The position numbers were made by a program, and so were the translations under genes. Positions 58,238 through 64,000 of a stretch of 64,000 nt of DNA are shown here, piece after piece; positions within the stretch are counted from its first letter, which is position 1, and every line of letters starts with the position of its first letter. Origin of the DNA: a virus (lineage: Duplodnaviria; Heunggongvirae; Uroviricota; Caudoviricetes). A model generated the notes under the pieces. It did not search any database. It was not told the DNA's origin and worked only from the letters and a program-made list of their open reading frames with translations. The DNA lies in IMG/VR virus record IMGVR_UViG_3300040801_001810, positions 102,194 through 166,193 of that record, one strand, 5' to 3'.

Positions 58238-58883
58238 TAGCCGCCGCTTGTCTTAACATAGCTTCAAGAGTACTTGCATCAGCATTCATACCGTATTTCT
58301 TTTTAGCTCTTCTAGAAGCCGCAAAAGCATCAATAATACTATGCTTTAATTTCTTTAATTCTATCTTCATTTCAAGTGTTGGTGAAATTTCTTCTCTTGA
58401 AACAGTTGCTTGACCAACTTTTTGTTCTACTATTTGTACTAATTTCCCATCTCTTAGTTTTCCAGAAGCACGCATATCAAGTATCTTGGTTTCAATTAGA
58501 TCCCATAACATTTCCATTTCAATTGGATCATTTCTATCTATATCCAGAGAAGTTATTACATCAAGTTCCATCTCCATAATAATTTTCTTTTCAACAGGAC
58601 AAGAATATCCAAATGGAGCTAGGTCACTTCTATATAGTATACATGCGTCTTTAAGTTCACAACTCTGAGAACAAGTCATTAGCATTGTATTAACTGTAGC
58701 AGTACTAGTTGTATCTTTAAAAAATTTTGCTATTTTAAGTAATTTACTTTTATTATTTAATAAATTTTTAGCAGCCTCTTCTGGATATATTTGAATTAAT
58801 GCTTCTAATTCTGGATGATCTTTTTTCATTATTGCTAGGTCGTGCTCTTCTGTATGAACCCGCAAATTTACAGCATTGGACAT
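58221..58883 (-). CDS. Candidate terminase small subunit with a Cys4 cluster
   Basis: 220 aa; TCSQSC..DAC..SCPVE; helical; upstream of TerL; GAGGAGG SD. Confidence 0.4.
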   Translation of the reverse strand: MSNAVNLRVHTEEHDLAIMKKDHPELEALIQIYPEEAAKNLLNNKSKLLKIAKFFKDTTSTATVNTMLMTCSQSCELKDACILYRSDLAPFGYSCPVEKKIIMEMELDVITSLDIDRNDPIEMEMLWDLIETKILDMRASGKLRDGKLVQIVEQKVGQATVSREEISPTLEMKIELKKLKHSIIDAFAASRRAKKKYGMNADASTLEAMLRQAAANVDGD

Positions 58884-58916
58884 AAAACCTCCTCGTTTAG
58901 TTCCAAAGTCTTAAGC

Positions 58917-59654
58917 CTAGGTATCTTCTTCTCCCATAAATTTACCCATATCATTGGCAAAAGATTCATTTAATTTTTTAATTTGTTCGTCTATATCGTT
59001 TCTAATCTCTTTAGCTTTAATAAAAACTTCATTAGTTAAATCTTCGATACGAGCTTCATCAAGTTTAACAAATCTTTCTGAAAGTCCAATCTGCATTCCC
59101 TGATGAGGATATCTATTAATGAAATAATTTTTAGCTATAGATATTATTGCTCTCGTCTTATCTTTTACATACTCTCTAAAATCAGAATCTTTAAGCTCGT
59201 GAAAACCATTTTCTTTAAATGATCTTCTTACTTCATCTTTAACTTGAAATAAAGCGTTCTTTAAAGCTTCTGAGTAAAGAGTAATTTCTTTATTTTTTCT
59301 TATTGGATCCACATCACCAACTTCTTTTTGTTGTTGGTTATATGAATCAATAAAACCAAAGAGGACCTCTTGCATTTTTTGTTCAACAAAATTCATCTGG
59401 TCTCTTAGGATACTTGCTTCTTTTTTCTCGACAATACTAGAATGTTGTGCTTTTTTAGAAAGAATGAGTAACACACAATCTTTGCACGACCTCTCTTTTT
59501 TGCCACTGCTGTTTTTTCCAAATCCTAATCTTGTTTTCTTACCCCATGAAAATACCGCATTACCATATATTGAAATTAATAATATAATAAATAGCGCAAC
59601 AATAGGGAGAGAAAACTGTGCCCATATAGGCATTGTGCCAAGCCAGGTCCACAT
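58917..59654 (-). CDS. Membrane-anchored coiled-coil protein (holin/spanin-like position)
   Basis: 245 aa; N-terminal TM FSLPIVALFIILLISIYG, then basic linker and helical domain. Confidence 0.6.
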   Translation of the reverse strand: MWTWLGTMPIWAQFSLPIVALFIILLISIYGNAVFSWGKKTRLGFGKNSSGKKERSCKDCVLLILSKKAQHSSIVEKKEASILRDQMNFVEQKMQEVLFGFIDSYNQQQKEVGDVDPIRKNKEITLYSEALKNALFQVKDEVRRSFKENGFHELKDSDFREYVKDKTRAIISIAKNYFINRYPHQGMQIGLSERFVKLDEARIEDLTNEVFIKAKEIRNDIDEQIKKLNESFANDMGKFMGEEDT

Positions 59655-59669
59655 ATTAACTCCCTATTT

Positions 59670-60038
59670 TTATGTTCTAAAACGCCATGGTGTTGGATAG
59701 TAAACTACTTCACCCCTTGCATTTCTACCAGTATCGGTTGTCATATAACTATTCATATCACCAATTTGAACATAGTTTACTAGTGCTGTATATTCACCAG
59801 AGAATCCAGCAGTTGTAAAATAAACTGTTTCATTTGGTAAGAATCTAATATTTGGTTTAACGGAATTATGATAGGTATAGGCTCCAGTAAGAGAACCACT
59901 TATGGTGATAGAAGGATCTGTGTTCCCAACATCACTCAAAGGTAGATCTATTTCTATAGAATCTATTAGATATGCCATCGTAGGTATTTTATTTAATTGT
60001 CCCGAGGCGTCAACTCCGTTCAATCTAATTGTTTCCAT
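59670..60038 (-). CDS. Hypothetical beta-rich protein
   Basis: 122 aa with AAGGAG SD. Confidence 0.65.
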   Translation of the reverse strand: METIRLNGVDASGQLNKIPTMAYLIDSIEIDLPLSDVGNTDPSITISGSLTGAYTYHNSVKPNIRFLPNETVYFTTAGFSGEYTALVNYVQIGDMNSYMTTDTGRNARGEVVYYPTPWRFRT

Positions 60039-60069
60039 TAATATCTCCTTAATATTTAATGTTTAATAG

Positions 60070-60570
60070 TTAAACTATTATTCTTTCTTTTTCTACCTTA
60101 GTTATTACATAATCGTCAAACATTGGTTCGTCGTATTTAAAAATAATAACTTTAGTCTTATTTTTTTTAGCTAGTTTAAGTTTTAATCTATCTAATCTTT
60201 TTCTTTGGTTAAAGATTTTCTTAGTGCGTTGAAAAAATGGAGTGTGCTCATAGTGTTGTTGTCCATTATATTCAATTGCTAGATTAAGACTTTTAATGTA
60301 TATATCAAATTCTAATAGTACATCTTTATTGCTAACGGCCCAAATAGGATGATATCCTGTAACTACATTAGTATATCCATAATAGTTCTCTATAATTTTT
60401 GTTAATCTAATCTCGTTTTTATGGTAATCATTTTGAGTATATCTAGATCCTGTTAGTCTTTTTTTAAGTCGAAATCCTTGAATTGATGAGTCCCACATGT
60501 ATTTTTCGGCATGTGATTTACATAGACCATCTAATCCAGGTCTTTTACAAATGTAACATATTGATCTCAT
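60070..60570 (-). CDS. Zn-finger plus Vsr/DUF559-like PD-(D/E)XK endonuclease
   Basis: CYIC..LCKSH then LEFDIYIKSLNLAIEYNGQQHY; start more likely ATG 60570 (or 60588) than the track GTG at 60669, which runs through a terminator. Confidence 0.7.
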   Translation of the reverse strand: MRSICYICKRPGLDGLCKSHAEKYMWDSSIQGFRLKKRLTGSRYTQNDYHKNEIRLTKIIENYYGYTNVVTGYHPIWAVSNKDVLLEFDIYIKSLNLAIEYNGQQHYEHTPFFQRTKKIFNQRKRLDRLKLKLAKKNKTKVIIFKYDEPMFDDYVITKVEKERIIV

Positions 60571-60592
60571 AGAATTAGTATAAGTCATAAAC

Positions 60593-60626
60593 AAAAAAAT
60601 AAGTGCCCAGAAGAACTCTGAGCACT
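60593..60626 (-). terminator. Intrinsic terminator closing the lipase/small-ORF unit
   Basis: Minus strand AGTGCTCAGA-GTTCT-TCTGGGCACT followed by TATTTTTTT. Confidence 0.8.
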
Positions 60627-60715
60627 CGAGGAGAAAGGAGGTGCGGAAGGAGGAGGTTTTATGTACCACTGTGCTGGTTTCCCAGCACCCTCATAAATAG
60701 TATGAGGCATCCTAA
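60593..60715 (-). ncRNA. Candidate structured small RNA / 3' UTR element with tandem anti-Shine-Dalgarno tracts
   Basis: Two abutting 7 bp hairpins (60689-60707; 60671-60688 with GAAA loop), C/U tract ACCUCCUCCUUCCGCACCUCCUUUCUCCUC (60657-60628), then terminator. Confidence 0.5.
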
Positions 60716-60731
60716 ACTTTGCTGATCACTT

Positions 60732-60875
60732 TTATGCTGATGTTATTACAATTTCTTGAGACAGCTTTCTAGGATCAATTTTTCTCTTAGGCAGGAGGGT
60801 TTGGTCCTTAGGAACTTTTACCTTTCCTTTAGTACCAAGTCCAGTAATTTTGTTTTTAAAAGTAGTAATTTTCAT
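60732..60875 (-). CDS. 47 aa basic microprotein (not in ORF track)
   Basis: MKITTFKNKITGLGTKGKVKVPKDQTLLPKRKIDPRKLSQEIVITSA; TAATG overlap with the second of two tandem TAA codons after the upstream ORF. Confidence 0.55.
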   Translation of the reverse strand: MKITTFKNKITGLGTKGKVKVPKDQTLLPKRKIDPRKLSQEIVITSA

Positions 60876-60877
60876 TA

Positions 60878-60991
60878 TTATTTCTTCTTTTTCTTTTTAC
60901 ACTTGTCATTTGTAGTGACAACCGTGGTTTTCTTTGGATCGTGAGATTTACCACCAATTAGACCACCAAGACTAGGTATACTTTTAGCCAT
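60878..60991 (-). CDS. 37 aa basic microprotein (not in ORF track)
   Basis: MAKSIPSLGGLIGGKSHDPKKTTVVTTNDKCKKKKKK; GGAGGA SD 5 nt upstream. Confidence 0.65.
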   Translation of the reverse strand: MAKSIPSLGGLIGGKSHDPKKTTVVTTNDKCKKKKKK

Positions 60992-60992
60992 A

Positions 60993-61457
60993 TTAGTCCT
61001 CCAATTTAATTTCAAGATCTGCTGCTTTATCTTGTAAAGACTGAAGATTTCTGCTTAAAAGGGTATCTTTATTTGGACACACAATCCCTTTTTCTTCGCA
61101 GTGGGCAATGATTTTATCAACGATAGAAGCGACTTCATTGTCAGCATCTTGACCCACGAAGCGAACGATAGAGTCTTCAACTTGGTCTTGGGATTTAAGC
61201 TTTTGTCCAAGGCCGTTCGTATAGTTTGTGTCAGTTGTTCCATAAGCTTTTCTTTCTGCTACGCCTTTATCGTCTACTGTTACGTATTCTACAGAAACAT
61301 GACCTTTATATAAATCTCCTGAATACTTACTTCTATAAGAAGCACCAGCAGTTAGATAAATACCTACTACATTTTCTTTCTTAGTTACTTCTTTTCCGTC
61401 CACTGATAGCTTTGTATTTGCTATAGTTCCGTCTGTTTCTACTGTAATTTTCGCCAT
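60993..61457 (-). CDS. Hypothetical protein with scaffold-like C-terminal motif
   Basis: 154 aa; C-terminal LLSRNLQSLQDKAADL matches the protease/scaffold LSKRQTESLNDTLEDL. Confidence 0.65.
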   Translation of the reverse strand: MAKITVETDGTIANTKLSVDGKEVTKKENVVGIYLTAGASYRSKYSGDLYKGHVSVEYVTVDDKGVAERKAYGTTDTNYTNGLGQKLKSQDQVEDSIVRFVGQDADNEVASIVDKIIAHCEEKGIVCPNKDTLLSRNLQSLQDKAADLEIKLED

Positions 61458-61556
61458 TTGAATATCCTTTGTTTATAATTTTTGTTAATAAATGAGAAAC
61501 CACACATCTAGCTGCTGTAGTACTCAATTGAGTTATTAATGATCTTGTAAAATAGT

Positions 61557-62300
61557 TCATTTAATTACTTCTTCTCTATATAGGTTAATATCGTGGTTAA
61601 ATAAATCGTCTAATATACTATCTTTATTTTTAAATCTTTTCTTGAAGAACATTATAATACCAAAAAATGGAGATCTTGGTCCAATTGGATTACTAGTTCC
61701 ATGTTGAGAATAACCGTGATACTTCCTCTGTTGAAACCAGGAAGGTGGTAAATTAGGAACTATATCTCTTCTCATATAAGTTCTAATGGTCTTTGGTACT
61801 CTTTTATTAAATGATTTAACAAAATACTTATTACCTACCATTGGATTTCCTGATATCAGACATAGGATAGGGAAATTAAAGTTATATTGTAAATCAACAG
61901 CACATAAAGTAGCTAATGCTCCTCCGAGAGAATGACCAGCAATAATTGCCTCAAATTTCAGAGATTTATTTAACATACTAACATATTTATGTATTTTTGG
62001 TCTTACTTTTAGATATGCATTCATGAATCCTCTGTGGACTTGAATCTTAGTGTCTTTATTACCGTACGGGAACACAGTATGAAATGCATTAAAGTCAGTA
62101 AGCCAATCCTTTGATTGTTGAGTACCACGAAAAGCTATGATTAATTCGCCTATGCCTTCATGATACCAAATAAATCCCTGAGTATCAGTAGGGACATCTT
62201 CTAAGAAGATCGCCCCTGGATATTTAGCTATAACTTGATCTTCAGACATTCTAGCGTCTTCTGACAATTGTAAGCCCTCTAGTACCATTGTTTTATACAT
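61557..62300 (-). CDS. Class 3 lipase (alpha/beta hydrolase, Lipase_3-like)
   Basis: 247 aa; IIAFRGT..DWLTD lid, VHRGFM, nucleophile elbow AGHSLGGALA, GNPMVGN, RDIVPNLP, C-terminal NH..Y. Confidence 0.9.
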   Translation of the reverse strand: MYKTMVLEGLQLSEDARMSEDQVIAKYPGAIFLEDVPTDTQGFIWYHEGIGELIIAFRGTQQSKDWLTDFNAFHTVFPYGNKDTKIQVHRGFMNAYLKVRPKIHKYVSMLNKSLKFEAIIAGHSLGGALATLCAVDLQYNFNFPILCLISGNPMVGNKYFVKSFNKRVPKTIRTYMRRDIVPNLPPSWFQQRKYHGYSQHGTSNPIGPRSPFFGIIMFFKKRFKNKDSILDDLFNHDINLYREEVIK

Positions 62301-62875
62301 TATTCTGTTCCTGTGTGTCCAAATCCACCACCTCGATCTTCATCATATGGTTCTGGTAGTGAAGAAACGATTTTAATTTCAGGAAGAGCGACAGGAGCTA
62401 CTATTAATTGAGCTATTCTTGTATCTAGTGTTATAACTTGTTCTTTTCTAGACAAATTAACAACTATGATTCCGATCTCGTGTCTATATCCTTCATCTAT
62501 GGTTCCTGGAGTATTAATAACAGTAAGACCGTTCTTAAGAGCTAGGCCGCTTCTAGGTCTTGCTTGTATTTCATATCCAGCACCACAAGTAGCTTTAATA
62601 CCTGTACCAATTAAAACTCGTTCCAAATACGTAAGAGTAATAGTCTTATCTCTTACAAAGTTAGCTAGAAGTTTATCTTCTAATACTCGTTCTCCGTTAC
62701 CACCAAAATTTTGGTATAACTTCTTAAATGAATGAGCATAGACATCAAAACCACTATCTGTCGGATTACTTTTAACTGGAGCTTTAGCATCTGGTGCTAA
62801 AAGTTCCACATATAAGGTCATTGGTACTGTACCCACCTTTGTTACGTTATTTCCTTCTGATTTATTCTCTGACAT
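62300..62875 (-). CDS. dut: Trimeric dUTPase
   Basis: 191 aa; SGFDV, QARPRSGLA, GTIDEGYR.EIGII, RIAQL, RGGGFGHTG motifs. Confidence 0.95.
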   Translation of the reverse strand: MSENKSEGNNVTKVGTVPMTLYVELLAPDAKAPVKSNPTDSGFDVYAHSFKKLYQNFGGNGERVLEDKLLANFVRDKTITLTYLERVLIGTGIKATCGAGYEIQARPRSGLALKNGLTVINTPGTIDEGYRHEIGIIVVNLSRKEQVITLDTRIAQLIVAPVALPEIKIVSSLPEPYDEDRGGGFGHTGTE

Positions 62876-62886
62876 TTCTCTCTCCT

Positions 62887-63999
62887 CTATAATTTAGTTA
62901 CTTCACATGCTCCGCCTGAGCACGCACTTTGGTCTTTAAAATTAGTAGCATCATGATCTTCAACTACTTTAGTTAAGTCAATATTTCTTACCTTTGATAG
63001 CAATTCGCTATATTCTTCTTCTGTACAATCAGTAAAAGGCATTTGTGTATATGATCCTCCATTATAAGGGAACACCGCTATTCCATTATAACAGTCTCTA
63101 TTTTGCCACATCCAATCACCAACTTGACTCCATTCCTCTGGCTTAATACTAACAGTTATGCTAACATTATGAGTATTTTGACCATCTATATGGCCAGGTT
63201 TAATCCATTTCTCATGAAAATACTTACCACGTTCTAGTAGGTCAATAGCAGACTCTGTTCTTAGTATAGCTCCTTCTGGAGCTTTAATTGGTATTGAAAT
63301 TACTGCTTGAAGATCAGGTTTTAGTACATCGTCTTCTATTAAATCAGGTATTGCTCTCTTTAGATAATTATAAATAGGCTCGTTCTTACCAACCTTCATT
63401 CTTCTAATAAAATGATCCCAATGCCAAGCATGAATTCCGCTTGAGGTACCTAATACACAACTAGCTGTCCCTTCTGGCTTAATACAAGTAACTCTGATAG
63501 CAGGTTTAATTCCAAGTAACTTAGCCACTCTAATATTTTCATCTACTGCGCACTTAGCTGCTTCTTCAAGATTATATTTTAATACTGCACCACTAGCTAT
63601 ACCCGTCATGCTTACACCTAGTAATGGTTCTTTCTTACTATTGATCTCCCATTCATCTCTTAGATAATGAAAGTCGGTGTAGCTTGATTGAAGTGTCCCA
63701 ATAAAAGACGCCGCTCTAACTCGTTCGTTTAGATCTTCTTGTGATTCAATATTACTTACGTTGACAGTTGTTAAGTTACAGAACTGCATAGACTTAAGTG
63801 CGATTTCACAGCACGGATTACATCCATAGTCCTTATCGTTAGTGAAATATATACCAGGTTCTCCGCTTCCACTAGCTTCTATTTTTTCCCAGAATTTTCT
63901 GAATTGCTTTTCTCTGATTTTGTTTCTGAGGATAACTGCTGAATTATTTGCTCTAGCAAGATGAGGCTGTGTTTCCCACCAATTACCATACTTGCAAGT
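62887..63999 (-). CDS. nrdJ: Class II (adenosylcobalamin) ribonucleotide reductase, monomeric type; 5' part outside window
   Basis: Frame is open from the window edge: RANNSAV..GEPG..GCNPCCEI, then FCNL, TCIKPEGT..GTSSGIH, C-terminal CSGGACEV. Confidence 0.9.
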   Translation of the reverse strand, partial: TCKYGNWWETQPHLARANNSAVILRNKIREKQFRKFWEKIEASGSGEPGIYFTNDKDYGCNPCCEIALKSMQFCNLTTVNVSNIESQEDLNERVRAASFIGTLQSSYTDFHYLRDEWEINSKKEPLLGVSMTGIASGAVLKYNLEEAAKCAVDENIRVAKLLGIKPAIRVTCIKPEGTASCVLGTSSGIHAWHWDHFIRRMKVGKNEPIYNYLKRAIPDLIEDDVLKPDLQAVISIPIKAPEGAILRTESAIDLLERGKYFHEKWIKPGHIDGQNTHNVSITVSIKPEEWSQVGDWMWQNRDCYNGIAVFPYNGGSYTQMPFTDCTEEEYSELLSKVRNIDLTKVVEDHDATNFKDQSACSGGACEVTKL

Positions 64000-64000
64000 A

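Noticed and set aside
60589-60669. Track N-terminal extension (MVHKTSS...) of the endonuclease
   Set aside because: It starts at a GTG inside the hairpin cluster and crosses a clear terminator
60661-60696. Plus-strand 11-codon ORF MYHCAGFPAPS behind AGGAGGAGG, or a GGA-rich Csr-type sponge
   Set aside because: The U-tract, GAAA loop and wobble pair all support the minus strand, and no plus-strand terminator was found; kept only as an alternative reading
60671-60715. tRNA or tRNA fragment
   Set aside because: No cloverleaf, T-loop (TTCG/TTCA) or acceptor stem
891-62735. Plus-strand ORFs in the track (60-128 aa) and short nested minus-strand ORFs at 25751 and 26429
   Set aside because: They lie antisense to or inside long, motif-bearing genes, lack SD sites and read as low-complexity shadow frames
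14356-63999. Inteins or introns in RNAP, TerL, portal or RNR
   Set aside because: No C-start/HN-end splice motifs, LAGLIDADG blocks or frame interruptions in the visible parts
1-64000. Stop-codon reassignment (code 15 or 4)
   Set aside because: Multi-kilobase ORFs are intact in code 11; TAG/TGA ends such as 14177, 14356 and 58917 are followed by nearby stops or new starts

Overview
This AT-rich window is the virion-morphogenesis region of a large contractile-tailed dsDNA phage (myovirus morphotype). Essentially every real gene is on the minus strand and reads in standard code 11, with strong GGAG/AGGAGG Shine-Dalgarno sites and many TAATG stop-start overlaps. In transcription order (high to low coordinates): class II ribonucleotide reductase (cut by the window edge), dUTPase, a class-3 lipase, small ORFs plus a structured anti-SD RNA element, a PD-(D/E)XK endonuclease, a membrane protein, a probable TerS, three basic ejection-like proteins, TerL, portal, protease/scaffold, decoration protein, major capsid protein, an Ig/beta-helix fibre cassette, neck genes, sheath, three tube-fold paralogues, two tail chaperones, two ~2000-2350 aa tape-like proteins, a 2389 aa hub and the baseplate/fibre genes. 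The strongest signal is the pair of giant genes in the tape-measure position. The 2350 aa protein carries two-barrel RNA polymerase motifs (RHP...ADFDGD) plus a DEDDh-type exonuclease motif set. The 2027 aa tape-measure-like protein carries an embedded PD-(D/E)XK nuclease. Both begin with MA(D)IYNP, which suggests a co-ejected transcription plus nuclease cassette. Other highlights: a candidate small RNA with tandem anti-Shine-Dalgarno tracts, a tube-fold/coiled-coil/M23-like fusion, and strong Ser-Gly enrichment in outer virion proteins. All assignments come from reading motifs by eye; no searches were run. No CRISPR array, tRNA, rRNA, intein or reverse transcriptase was seen.
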